NCBI GenBank assembly: GCA_032718475.1
Contig: JAUCBJ010001490.1
Coordinates: 62,001-126,000, forward strand
DNA from: Nemertoderma westbladi
Lineage: Eukaryota > Animalia > Xenacoelomorpha
Direction of reading: 5' to 3'
DNA length: 64,000 nt
Made by a program: the position numbers and the translations under genes
In this document: positions 27,321 to 40,814 of the stretch, piece after piece
Layout: every line of letters starts with the position of its first letter
Numbering within the stretch: the first letter of the stretch is position 1
Notes under the pieces: model-generated
The model's input: the letters and a program-made list of their open reading frames with translations, nothing else
Database searches by the model: none
What the model was told of the DNA's origin: nothing

Positions 27321-28848
27321 CATTGCCGATTTTACAAAGCTGTTCTCAACGAAACATATTATCTATTTGGCATACCGGTACATATGTATGTTAAATGCTG
27401 TGAGCTCCTGTAAATTTTTGGGACTTCCGCTACCAGCCACTGAACGCAACATTAGGGACCACTTCACGCAGAAGATATGGATGGCCTGTTGTAGAGTAAA
27501 CAGCAGAGGTTTGGCAACAGAAAAATATTCCTATTGATGTGAATGGATTAATATGGTGCGCTATTTTCCTACCATCAATTTTGTACGGCGCTGCGATCAT
27601 AGGTCACTCTGTTGTTGACAATCTGGCAAACACTTGCAGGAAGGCAATGCGATCAATTCTCAGATTGGGGAATTACGTAAGCAATAACAGTCTGCATGCG
27701 TTATTAGACTAACAAATTTGAACACCTTGTGCAGAGGAACAGAACTAAGTCCATATTATATGCCTTGTTTAACTTTGGCAACTGGAAGGTTTATTACCTT
27801 TACGGTGTGATCTTAGGGCAACATCTAGCAGGCGTATCCGAGGAAAATATGTTTCCTGATTATAACAGGGATTCCTGGGAATTAGGATTACCGAAATTAA
27901 CATCGTTAGTAACACACCAGTACAACTTAAAAACGTGTTTTCGAGATATTCCAAAATTCAGCCTTACCTTAAGGGAGCACTTTATTTACCTATATATTTT
28001 ACGTCTACGTAATTCGGAAGAAGGGAAATACATACTTCGTAAGCAGTGCATAACTGATTTCTAACTGGAGAGCTCATAACAACAGGACACGGACCGGACA
28101 GTGTAAATTAGCCATATTAATAAATAATTATAATTGACTTCCATATTAAATTTTAGCTTTATTTTAGCTTCTGTGTCAGCTTCCCATTTCATGTTGTTTT
28201 ACTGATATTTTTTGTCGATTTTATTTATTTCACTTAATAAAGCCACCGGGGCGAACAAAACCGGATGAATGAATGATTGAATGAATTTTGTATTGATGTG
28301 CAAGATTCTTTCAATGTACAAATATTAATACAAACAAATTCAATTATAAGTATTATTTCGAGTAATTATAACCACCCATTATTTAAGACCTAAAGACCTT
28401 TGGGGGGCAGTATTCATAAAGGCATAATATTATACAAAATTTAAATATACTTTTATTGTGCATTGCAGAATTGATTTGAATAACTTTTTGATTTTTCGAA
28501 TCGTAAGATATCATTCATGAGGACACTTTACAGGGCTCGGCAAACAACATGATAGGCCCTTAGAAAAAAGGAACCTTTTACCTATGTGGCATAATAATTT
28601 CAGCCTGGATGAGTTGGTTCTGTACATATTAATATTACACCCCGGTGGGCGTAAAATAAATAATATTCAAATATACACCCGAATTAGAGGATTACGTACG
28701 ACTTTGCGTAATTTAGCACATCAAAAGATTACCACAACTGTTCAGTTATTTCTGACTCGTATAATGTGCTATTTATTAGGCATCATGCTGTAAATATTTA
28801 GTCGCTAAGCTGAGGAATTTTGTCTTATTAAGTTTTTTTTCTTTTACA

Positions 28849-29034
<186 letters not shown>

Positions 29035-29104
29035 TCAATAAAAAATCATAATTAACTTAATTAATAATGAAACACCTTCATACCAACTAACTAAATTCAT
29101 TATA

Positions 29105-31250
29105 ATTGATATAACTTACCTTCCTACCAACTACATGCCTTCTATTTATATAACTTACATTCCTACCAACTACATGCCTTCTATTTACATAACTTACCTT
29201 CCTACCAACTACATGCCTTCTATTTATATAACTTCCCTTCCTACCAACTACATGCCTTCTATTTATATAACTTACATTCCTACCAACTACATGCCTTCTA
29301 TTTATATAACTTACATTCCTACCAACTACATGCCTTCTATTTATATAACTTACATTCCTACCAACTACATGCCTTCTATTTATATAACTTACATTCCTAC
29401 CAACTACATGCCTTCTATTTATATAACTTACATTCCTACCAACTACATGCCTTCTATTTATATAACTTACATTCCTACCAACTACATGCCTTCTATTTAT
29501 ATAACTTACCTTCCTACCAACTACATGCCTTCTATTTATATAACTTACATTCCTACCAACTACATGCCTTCTATTTACATAACTTACCTTCCTACCAACT
29601 ACATACATTCTATTAATAAAACTTACATTCCTACCAACTACATACATTCTATTAATAAAACTTACATTCCTACCAACTGCATGCCTTATATTTATATAAC
29701 TTACATTCCTACCAACTACATAGATTCTATTAATAAAACTTACCTTCCTACCAACTACATGCCTTCTCTATTTATATAACTTACATTCCTACCAACTACA
29801 TGCCTTCTATTTATATAACTTACATTCCTACCAACTACATAGATTCTATTAATAAAACTTACCTTCCTACCAACTACATGCCTTCTCTATTTATATAACT
29901 TACATTCCTACCAACTACATGCCTTCTATTTATATAACTTACATTCCTACCAACTACATAGATTCTATTAATAAAACTTACCTTCCTACCAACTACATGC
30001 CTTCTCTATTTATATAACTTACATTCCTACCAACTACATGCCTTCTATTTATATAACTTACATTCCTACCAACTACATAGATTCTATTAATAAAACTTAC
30101 CTTCCTACCAACTACATGCCTTCTCTATTTATATAACTTACATTCCTACCAACTACATGCCTTCTATTTATATAACTTACATTCCTACCAACTACATAGA
30201 TTCTATTAATAAAACTTACCTTCCTACCAACTACATGCCTTCTCTATTTATATAACTTACATTCCTACCAACTACATGCCTTCTATTTATATAACTTACA
30301 TTCCTACCAACTACATAGATTCTATTAATAAAACTTACATTCCTACCAACTGCATGCCTTATATTTATATAACTTACATTCCTACCAACTACATAGATTC
30401 TATTAATAAAACTTACCTTCCTACCAACTACATGCCTTCTCTATTTATATAACTTACATTCCTACCAACTACATGCCTTCTATTTATATAACTTACATTC
30501 CTACCAACTACATACATTCTATTAATAAAACTTCCCTTCCTACCAACTACATGCCTTCTATTTATATAACTTACATTCCTACCAACTACATACCTTCTAT
30601 TTATATAACTTACATTCCTACAAACTACATACATTCTATTAATAAAACTTACCTTCCTACCAACTAAATGCCTTCTATTTATATAACTTACATTCCTACC
30701 AACTACATGCCTTCTATTTATATAACTTACCTTCCTACTAACTACATACATTCTATTAATAAAACTTACCTTCCTACCAACTACATGCCTTCTATTTATA
30801 TAACTTACATTCCTACCAACTACATGCCTTCTATTTACATAACTTACCTTCCTACCAACTACATGCCTTCTATTTATATAACTTACATTCCTACCAACTA
30901 CATACCTTCTATTTATATAACTTACATTCCTACAAACTACATACATTCTATTAATAAAACTTACCTTCCTACCAACTAAATGCCTTCTATTTATATAACT
31001 TACATTCCTACCAACTACATGCCTTCTATTTATATAACTTACCTTCCTACTAACTACATACATTCTATTAATAAAACTTACCTTCCTACCAACTACATGC
31101 CTTCTATTGATATAACTTACATTCCTACCAACTACATGCCTTCTATTTACATAACTTACCTTCCTACCAACTACATGCCTTCTATTTATATAACTTACAT
31201 TCCTACCAACTGCATGCATTCTAGTTATAAAACATACCTTCCTACCTTCC
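29105..31250 (-). repeat. 39-bp minisatellite (~54 copies) derived from the exon-3/intron-3 junction
   Basis: Minus-strand unit ATAAATAGAAGGCATGTAGTTGGTAGGAA(G/T)GTAAGTTAT. It includes 41-bp variants forming a 119-bp trimer, and a 312-bp duplication (30668/30980). Confidence 0.95.
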
Positions 31251-31274
31251 AAAAAGACCAAAATGTTGACATTT

Positions 31275-31850
31275 AACTTTGAAAGTCCTCAGCAAGTCTC
31301 TGACCGGATGAGCATAAGCTCAAAGGATGGTATGCTTGAGCATGTGGACGACTTCTGTTACCTGGGATCATGGATTTGGAAGTCAGATGAGGACCTTCGA
31401 ATACGTAAGGGAAAGCATGGGAAATAGGCTTTCCAGGATTTGGAAGCCACATAGTATTAATCGGAAACTTAAGGTCCGATTATTTAAGCAGCAGTAGTTC
31501 CAGTACTCCTCTATGGGAGTCTATGCTGGGCTCTAACTGCTGAGGACACCAAATCTCTGGATGGCACATTCACAAGAATGCTACGCCGGGTTTATTGTGT
31601 CAAGTATAAAGCAAACATCTCCAACCAGATACTATATAACATTGGTTCCCACAAACTTGACACTAGAAGCATGGTGGACAGCCCATGACTTTCTTGAGAC
31701 GCATCTGAAAGGAACTGGCCTTGAAGATGCGGATGATCTATCAAATGTCATGGGTGATAAGGAGTTGTGGAGGCGCAATTTTGTCGACAAGCCGGCACAT
31801 CATTCTTAAAAATGCAGCTGCAATGCAGCATGTCGATCCTAGTAGTAGTA
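31275..31850 (+). mobile_element. 5'-truncated, degenerate RTE-like LINE (RT C-terminal region, 3' UTR and TAG tail)
   Basis: Frameshifted peptides LEHVDDFCYLGSWI, RIRKGK, VVPVLLYGSLCWALT, SLDGTFTRMLRR; ends CCTAGTAGTAGTA. Confidence 0.85.
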
Positions 31851-32405
31851 CTTTCTTACCAACTGCATGGATGGCGGCATTTAACTTACCTTCCTACCAA
31901 CTGCATGGATGGCATTTAACTTACCTTCCTACCAACTGCATGGATGGCATTTAACTTACCTTCCTACCAACTGCATGGATGGCATTTAACTTACCTTCCT
32001 ATCATCTGCATGGATGGCATTTAACTTACCTTCCTACCAACTGCATGGATGGCATTTAACTTACCTTCCTACCAAATACATGGATGGCATTTAACTTACC
32101 TTCCTACCAACTGCATGGATGGCATTTAACTTACCTTCCTACCAACTACATGGATGGCATTTAACTTACCTTCCTACCAACTGCATGGATGGCATTTAAC
32201 TTACCTTCCTACCAACTACATGGATGGCATTTAACTTACCTTCCTACCAACTGCATGGATGGCATTTAACTTACCTTCCTACCAACTACATGGATGGCAT
32301 TTAACTTACCTTCCTACCAACTACATGGATGGCATTTAACTTACCTTCCTACCAACTGCATGGATGGTATTTAACTTACCTTCCTACCAACTGCATGGAT
32401 GGCAT
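31851..32405 (-). repeat. 35-bp minisatellite (~15 copies) equal to the exon-3 3' end plus splice donor
   Basis: Minus-strand unit ATGCCATCCATGCAGTTGGTAGGAAG|GTAAGTTAA; the first copy is the real exon end at 32380. Confidence 0.97.
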
Positions 32406-32581
32406 TTATTACGACAGGCAAATTTACATCTTCATAAAGATCAACAGTTTGAAACAGATCAGACGCGTGACATCCGTAAGATTTGGCCCAATCTAAGAAA
32501 TGCCCGATATTTTCCATTTGTTTGAAGGCCATTTTACTTGTGTTGATTTTTGCCTTGAAACCGCCAAGTTTCTCTGCCAAT
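32380..32581 (-). CDS. Myophilin/transgelin exon 3 (CH domain C-terminal half)
   Basis: TAG|LAEKLGGFKAKINTSKMAFKQMENIGHFLDWAKSYGCHASDLFQTVDLYEDVNLPVVINAIHAVGRK|GTAAGT; hallmark FKQMENI and DLFQTVDLYE motifs. Confidence 0.95.
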
Positions 32582-32689
32582 CTAAGAATAATGAAATTGA
32601 AGACGTATTTATTCATACATATGAATATTTTCAAATATAGCACAACATATAAGGAATATTCGTCGATGTTGCAATATGTGAAGTAACTC

Positions 32690-33045
32690 TGACTGATAAA
32701 ATATGCGGAACAAATTAAACTGACTGATAAATATACGGAACAACTGACTGTTAAAATATACGGAACAACTGACTGATAAAATATACAGAACAACTGACTG
32801 ATAAAATATACGGAACAACTGACTGATAAAATATGCGGAACAAATTAAACTGACTGATAAAATATACGGAACAACTGACTGATAAAATATACGGAACAAC
32901 TGACTGATAAAATATACGGAACAACTGACTGGTAAAATATACGGAACAACTGACTGATAAAATATACAGAACAACTGACTGGGAAAATATACGGAGCAAC
33001 TGACTGGGAAAATATACGGAACAACTGACTGCAGCAACTGATGAT
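32690..33045. repeat. 25-bp minisatellite (AACTGACTGATAAAATATACGGAAC)
   Basis: About 13 tandem copies abutting the 3' end of the LINE ORF. Confidence 0.9.
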
Positions 33046-35600
33046 AAAATACTGTTGTGACAGCCATTAGAAATTAGCTGGCCCGCAGCGCGGCGTCGGA
33101 AACCAGATAGGCCGTCCAGGTTGACGTCACTATGAATATGTGCTTCGTGGTTGTCGATGTATCCAAGTATTGCAGACGACGAGGCATATTTGGATAAACC
33201 GCACCAGTATTTCCAAAATAGGGCCCTGATCTTATGGATGTGTTCGAGTTCAGCTACCGCGTGTTCCTCGACATAGATGTTACAGCCGTATATGATCGCG
33301 GGATATACAACAGATGACCACAGGCGTCGGGCTGATTGCATGGAAATGCATTTAAGGTCAACTTTAGTGGCGACCCGGACACAGCTAACGACACCCTTGT
33401 TGTACAGATGTTTCATATGGCCACCGGACCCTCCTTTCGTAGAAAGCACCACTCCTAAGTATTCGAATGAGTTAACAAAATCTAAAGGCTCTCCGTTGTA
33501 AATTAACTTGTCTCCAACGCACAGCCTTCCGCCTTTACGAAATTTCACTGCTTTGGTCTTCTTAATATTTACTTCTAGGTCATTTTCCTTGCAATATTCA
33601 TAGAGTCTGTTTAGGCCTTCTTGGACATCCTTGATTGTCTCCCCTGCAATGACTAAGTCGTCAGCATACATTATGACCCAAATAGCAGCTGAAGTAACTA
33701 GAAAAATAGGTAGGTCCGCGACGAATATAGTGTACAATAATGGTGATAGTTTGTCCCCCTGGATTACGCCCACCGCTTGAGCTATTGGTTTCAAGATATA
33801 TACTCCGATTACGATGCATACATAGTTTACTGCGATCAAGGACCATATAACTGTAATAAATTTCCTGCTGACACCGAATTTGGAGAGCTTCCTGCATAAC
33901 GTTTCCCGATTCACAGAGTCAAAGGCTTTTGTCAAATTAACAAACACACAATATAGATGTCCCCCTGTTGGCAATAACGCCTCTTTGATTCTTCTGTGGA
34001 TAAGATTTACCGCACTTAAGGTCGATCTTGCTTTTCGAAACCCGAATTGTTCATTGTGGAGCACATGATTAGACTCCGCCCAAAGATAGAGTCTCGCATA
34101 TAGGATAGCTGTATAAGTTTTTAGCAGGCTACAAAGTAAAGTGATACCCCTGTAGCTGTTCGGGTCAGTTTTCGCCCCCTTCCCCTTGTAGAGCGGGATG
34201 AGGTAAGATGTGAGCCAGTTGAGGGGACATGTTGCCGTAGCAAAACATACTGATAAAAGCGTAAATATAAAGGGCAAAATGTGTCCGAAGCCACACTTTA
34301 GTGCATCACTAGTCACACCGTCTGGACCCATGGCTTTATGAGATTTCTGATTATTGACTGCTTCTGTTACTTCATGATCTTCTATTGGTTTGCCAAGATG
34401 GGGATCGGGTTGGGCATCAAGAGTCGGAAGTATTGGTAACATTTTAGCAGTCAGTAGTTTCGAGAAGTGTTTCTCCCATTCCTCCTCTGGGACTTGTTGT
34501 GCCACTGATCTTAGCTGTGGTTTGGACCGCATGATTTCCCAGAAGGATTTTAAATCGGATTCACAACGATCGATATTCAGTTGTTCTCTCTTACTTGCGA
34601 ATATTCTTCTCTTTGCTCTGATCAGGTGTTTGTAATCTCTCGTTAGTGACGATGGTGTTCTCTGTTCTCCAGTGTTGGCGTGGCAAGGAGTGTGCGATGG
34701 CATTTCTTCAATTCCTGATTGGCAATGTAGCACTCACGGTCGAACCAAGGCTTCGATTTCCTCATTTTCTTTGTAGATGTTGAGGTCGCAATTGATATAG
34801 TGATGTACTTGCAGGCTTGTTCGACACCTCGGCTAAGTGCGTTCTGGAAGTCAGATAAGTGTAACAGGTTTCCCAATCTGTCTGTGTCGATTTTCCGAAT
34901 TGCAGATACACGTGTGTCGTGCTGGGTTGTCCTTTGGTTTTTAATTTCAATCAGCACTCGCTCGTGCTTCGTGTTCAGTGCAGCTTTTACTGTGACATTG
35001 ACTGGGTCTATAAAGTCTTCTTCTGAAAACACTAGATCGATTGTGCTTCTTCCATTCCAGGATAGGTAGGTAGGAATGCTAGAGTCCGATAAACAAATGA
35101 AGCCGGCTGCTTGAAGGCCGGCGCATAGTAGCTTCCCCCGATCATTTGGCGCTCCTTAGTCGATCCTGCAGTTCAAATCTCCAGCTATAAAGGTTGGGTA
35201 ATTCGATTTCGCACGAATACAGTTAATAGCTGCCACCAGTTCAGACAATATGTCTTCGACATCGTACTTTGGCGGGAAGTAACAATAGAGAAATACATAT
35301 TGTGCTACTTCAATGGATAGCACTGTAGGACTTGAGAAAATCTGTTTTTGCAAGGATCCTACCCTGGTGTTTACTGCGATTGTGATTCCACCACGGGGCC
35401 TGCCGCGATCAGCTTTCTCGCAGGGAACGTTGTTACAGGTGTAACCATCTATTGTTAGATCAGATTCCATCGTCTCGGTTAGTAGCAGAGTATCTGTTTC
35501 ACCAAATGTATCATCCACGGTCGTTTCTATTGTTGAACTTGCTCCTTCAACATTCCAGCTAATAATGGATATTCCACCTGATAAGTTCGTTCCATTATTA
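33046..35600 (-). mobile_element. APE-endonuclease + reverse transcriptase LINE ORF2, disrupted, in myophilin intron 2
   Basis: EN motifs ISWNVEG, LLTET, IAGDLNCRID, IDL; linker KPWFDREC; RT motifs KAMGPDG, SYRGITL, QFGFRK, KAFDSV, GVIQGDKLSPLLY, YADD, FEYLGV. One stop near 35156 and a frameshift near 34700. Confidence 0.93.
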
Positions 35601-36262
35601 TATGATTCGGTATGAAGTCTTTTAAAAGGTAGTTCATTGAACAGCTGTACGGCCAGGCGGGCCTGAAAGCGACCACAAAGTTTTTGATGTTTGATAAGGC
35701 TGCCAGTGTAACAGTATGATTTGCTGCATCCTATACATAGTTTAACATTCGCGTGGTTAGGATTATTATTTATAATTGAAGAGTCTAGAGTACCTGTAGC
35801 TGTGTGAATGTGTGAATAATCTAAGAATAATAATTACATTGTAGGCCTTCAGTATTATGATATTATTGTATGCGTATACATGGTTTTTAATCCATGCTAA
35901 TTAATTATACATTTATGAAGGTAAGAAGGATTACATACACCAACACCAAGTCTTGAAATATAGCACTGTCATAAATAGTTAGTAATTTCTGACAGATATA
36001 AGTGCATTTTCGCTGAGTTCGCTCGACCTAGTAGTTAGTAAGTACATTTCACATTCACAGATAATAATAAATTTGACAAAGGTAATAATGATAAGATGAG
36101 TGATTTTTTAATCCCCACACCCAGGTTACAGGTACAATGGGGGGAATTCGACGCCAATTCCATCTCGGCTTCATTGTTATACTATAATTAAGGGAAAGGA
36201 GCAGGTTACAGAGGCCCGATATTCTAACCTTTTTAGCTAATATAATGCTATATAGTTCATAC

Positions 36263-36387
36263 TTGCAGAGTAGGACTCCGTCCTTGAGAGACTCGTGGGT
36301 ACTATCAGACGAATAGCTCTCACCAGTAACCGCCTCTATCCAGTTTCTAGCTTCCCGATCTAAATTAGGATCGTATTTCGAGTTTTT
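36263..36387 (-). CDS. Myophilin/transgelin exon 2 (CH domain N-terminal half)
   Basis: TAG|KNSKYDPNLDREARNWIEAVTGESYSSDSTHESLKDGVLLCK|GT; hallmark KYD...WI and LKDG..LC motifs. Confidence 0.92.
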
Positions 36388-37858
36388 CTACAAAAGAAAT
36401 GAAAAGGAATCATATAATTATTCACTTTGCAGTAATATCCTACACACTACAGTCTGTGTGGAAGTCACGAATATGCATATTAAGCTGCAGTAATAACATC
36501 GACCGTATACTACGATATGGGTGACCACACGAGTAATTTATGTAGTGATGGGCAGTCTGCCGTGCAGACGTACATTGCGGCGTGAGAATGGTGTGCTGTC
36601 ACACTGGTACCGTCTAGTGTCCCTACACCGTGCGTATAGATAGTACTCTGTGTCTTTGTCAAGGCATAGTCTGACTCATCGTGAGTCATCCTACAGTAAC
36701 GAAGTCCATGAGTATCTGCAGGTATGGGGCGAGCCATGTAGTGTGGCGAGTTCGTATCACTACACCCATTCTACACCTAATGAGAAGAATTCCAGGTTTT
36801 CACTAAAACAGAGTTACAGAAGTTACAGAATCACTGAAGAACTGAATCTAACCAAAACAATTATTAAAGCAGAATGTGTACAGTACTTGGCGTGCTATAC
36901 AAAACACCAATATCCGCCAATAACTATGTAATGTAAAGATGTTCCGGTGGATCGGAACCGGCGGCTCTCATAAAATATCGGCAACCTACTCCGCCGAATG
37001 AATGTTGTACGGATCTGCACGAGCCTGTTTCACACGGCTACAAAAATAGAACTCATTCAGATCGTCCCATATAAATGTCAAATAACAAGAAATTTTGCTC
37101 TATAACTATAATGTATAAGTTTTTGTTTTTAACATTGTTTATTTTGGGATTTTCTGGGATAATGAATCGAATCGCAAATAGTTTAACGCATTTAAAATAA
37201 CCGATATGCCATTTTTTGTCGCAGCTAAAAGTGGCATGGCACTGTAAATTTTGAAATGTTCAAGATAAGTGAAAACGTAATAATCGCGATGAAAGTATTT
37301 ATAATCGTTTTCTGGTTATGGTGAACCCACATTCTTTGCAGCACTAGAAATAGAAAATACGTTTTATTGTCCTGAAAGTGCCTTTATTCGATTCAGGAGG
37401 ATGGACCCCACAAATAGTCGGAAAGTGAAAGAACAATGAACAATAAACATTTTGACACTTTTACCAAAAATTAAAAATTTAGATTATGGGGGTGGGGGTC
37501 ACGCCCCAAATTGACGAACACGCGGTTTTTAACATTTGTAAGAATGTGTTTATGCCGTTTTGTCAGTTAAGTCAGTATGTAAGTTATGTATCATAATTAT
37601 TTAACTATTTCATCCATTGCGTAGTCACCCCCAAGCGGGAGACTGGAATATTGCTGAGTCCCTCAAGCGAATTCAATTTTAGAATTTCGATAGACTACTT
37701 GTGTACCAACACTAGGCTGGGTTCAATTTCTTCTAATATAGAGTGATGAGTGAGTGATTAGCCTTGAGACAGACCAAGGTTGAAATAGCGGAACCCATAT
37801 GCTACGCTCGCTAACTTCGTGGCTCGCCCCACTCTCCAACCGCTAGATTATTGCTTAC

Positions 37859-37909
37859 CTTTGCCTCCAGTTCAGCTGTCATTCCATATCCTTGGGGTCT
37901 TTCCGCCAT
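37859..37909 (-). CDS. Myophilin/transgelin (MP20, calponin family) coding exon 1 of 4; full CDS complement(join(28849..29031,32380..32581,36263..36387,37859..37909)), 186 aa
   Basis: MAERPQGYGMTAELEAK then GTAAGC donor; matches the family N-terminus MA.RP..YG. All four exons join in phase (561 nt). Confidence 0.9.
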
Positions 37910-39830
37910 AACTTCATATATTTCAGAACTGTGTTGGTTGAGGAAAAAAGAAACACAACAAAACAACAGTCTTTAAGCAAAAGATATAGCAACAAATATT
38001 CAGTACAACTAATTTGTTATATATAATTTCAATATTACAATGTTATTTATTACTTATACGCACATAAATTGAGCGGCTAGGCGTGTGCGCTTATTCTATA
38101 TATAACCAATAAAGTAGCAGTAATAAAATGTGGTTAGATTGTATCTACCGTGTATGCAGCATGTATGTATGTATTGTTATTGTTGCCAACTAATTTACTA
38201 AAGTATGTGTCATTTCCCATAAAACTTAGATTAATGAGTATTATGGTAATGGATAAGTAATTGCCATCCTTGGTAGACTGAGTCACTTGTAGCTTAAATT
38301 TTGTTATTATACATTTCTCACATGAGTCACATGGAAGTAAATATAGTAAAGAATTTATAAAACACCAGAATAAAATATTAACAATATATAGGCAAGGCCT
38401 ACACATAACTAATATTCTATTTAAGTAACATTTCTACAAATTACACTATTATAATTACAAATATATTCAACATTGTGATTTTCGATACAATCCAACTATC
38501 ACATGTTAATAATGTAATACCAATGGCAATATGAATTGTTGTACTGTATATAAGTGCAAGCATTAGTGAATGGAAGTCAGGGCGCTCGCTAGCAGTTGCT
38601 AGTAAATGGTCAGCGAATGAATGCGAGCGACAGACAGAGGTTCCCTTCCCCAGTGCTGAGGGTGAGTACCAGCTGGTGTGTCAGCCTGCCTTGTGGATAT
38701 GAGAGGGGAGGTCAATAATGCATATCTGGGCCACAATAATAAATAGTATTGGATTGGTTCTCTGCAGGATTGGTTCTTATTGGTCCACCCATAGGTTGGG
38801 GTTTGGGGGCAGCCCTTTTGTTGTGGCTACTGGTGTGCGATTAGGACTTGAACACTATGTGCGATTAGGACTTGCAATTACTTCAGTGCCTCTATTAATT
38901 GCAAACAATTTATTAAGCCAGTGGGGAGCGCAGCGAGGAGGGGCGGTCGACCCGGGGGCTAGACAAGGACTGGAGGCGGGCACAAAATCACGGCAGTAGT
39001 ATAGTGGTTGTCGATAATTTAAATAACACCGAAATAGTGAAAAACGTCATTCCAAAGGATCCATTATTTAACAATTTGTTCCTCTCATGTTTGCTAGTAA
39101 TTCATTTAGTACGGAAGCCCACAAGTGCCAGTCAACTTTACACATAAAATCTGATTTTTTATGTGTGTGTAGTTGGCACGTGTGTGTAGTTGGCATATGT
39201 GTGTAGTTGGCATATGTGTGTATTTGGCATGTGTGTGTAGTTGGCATGTGTAGTTGGCATGTGTGTGTAGTTGGCACGTGTGTGTAATTGGCATATGTGT
39301 GTAGTTGGCACGTGTGTGTAGTTGGCATATGTGTGTAGTTGGCATGTGTGTGTAGTTGGCATGTGTAGTTTGCATATGTGTGTAGTTGGCATATGTGTGT
39401 AGTTTGCATATGTGTGTAGTTGGCATATGTGTGTAGTTGGCATATGTGTAGTTGGCATGTGTAGTTGGCATATGTGTAGTTGGCATGTGTGTGAAGTTGG
39501 CATGAGATTCGATTGCTTAGCAACCATCTTCAAGGTTTCTTAGCAACCCATTTATTAGCTAGTATCAGTACAACAGTATAGTGTAGCAGGCCTACTGTAG
39601 TAGTGTCAGTGTCCGTTCACCTTTGCTACTTAGCTCATAGGCCGCCGTCGTTGTCGGTAGCCCCCATACCTGATGCGGTATCTGATTATTTTACAACTAC
39701 TGGTGTAGCAGAAAATTACCACCCCCCTAAAAATTCACCCCCGGTTAGAATTCACTAGGGTACGGTATTTTAACCGGGGGTGAAACTAGGCTTACTCTGG
39801 GTGATTTTTTAGTGAAATTTAACCCCCCTC

Positions 39831-39998
39831 TACTACTACTAGATACTAGGATCGGCATGCTGCATTGCAGCTGCATTTTTAAGAATGCTGTGCCGGCTTG
39901 TCAACAAAATTGCACCGCCACAACTCCCTATCACCCATGACATTTGCTAGATCATCCGCATCTTCAAGGCCAGTGTCCTTTAAGATGCGTCTCAAGGA
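39831..39998 (-). mobile_element. Third copy of the RTE-like LINE 3' end, at the inner edge of the left TIR
   Basis: Reverse complement matches 31692-31850, including the (TAG)n tail. Confidence 0.85.
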
Positions 39999-40253
39999 TT
40001 GGTCAAATTATACTGTAAGTCTATAGGAGGGAGGGGGGGGGGGGGTGCATATATTCACCTAGGACAACGGCCAACGTGTGGCCTACCCTACCCTGCTTGA
40101 GCCACCGCATTCAATTCATATAAACAACAAATCAGTAGAGTTGAAATTATAGTAGTATGTCTCAACAATAATTTGTAATCCAAATTTTTAAATAAATATT
40201 AGACGGATAATAGGACCGACCATGTAAAGTAATCAACCATGTAAAGTAATCAA

Positions 40254-40560
40254 TCACGCTAGGACAAAAATATTTTGCCACCAACATGCAATCCGCAATC
40301 CGTAAGAATTGGTCTTAATGCTCTTCACTTCTGCAAAGGAGATATCGCCAATGGGAATATCTGGGAGTACAGACTCAGACACTTTTACTTCTATACAGTT
40401 ATCAGGCAATACCCTGTCATTATTGAGGAGCTTTTCAAAGTGGGCTTTCCAACCATTGAGGCGATCGGCTGGTGATTCAGCCTTAACCTTGGTGGTTGGT
40501 TGGCTTTTCCGCCCAGTAAGCAAATTGATCGATTTCCATGCTGGGATGATTGCCTGCTGT
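40254..40560 (-). mobile_element. LINE ORF2 fragment (region before the RT domain)
   Basis: LTGRKSQP..KVKAESPADRLNGWKAHFEKLLN...DISFAEV resembles the RTE pre-RT region. Confidence 0.55.
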
Positions 40561-40814
40561 CGTCAACCCCCCTCAGTATATTCTTACCCCCATATTTTAA
40601 ATTTCAATATTACTTTGAATACGATATAAGCCTGCATTTATTTTCTAGTCTGCTGCACAAGGCTGGATGTGTGTCAATTTACCATATCAGCATGTATATC
40701 CCAGCCCACTACCTACGCGAAGTGACAATACTGTACATTTATTTCATGTAACTCACGTACTGCGCGAAGGGCCATACAGTGTATCTATATATTTATTACG
40801 GTAGGATATATACT

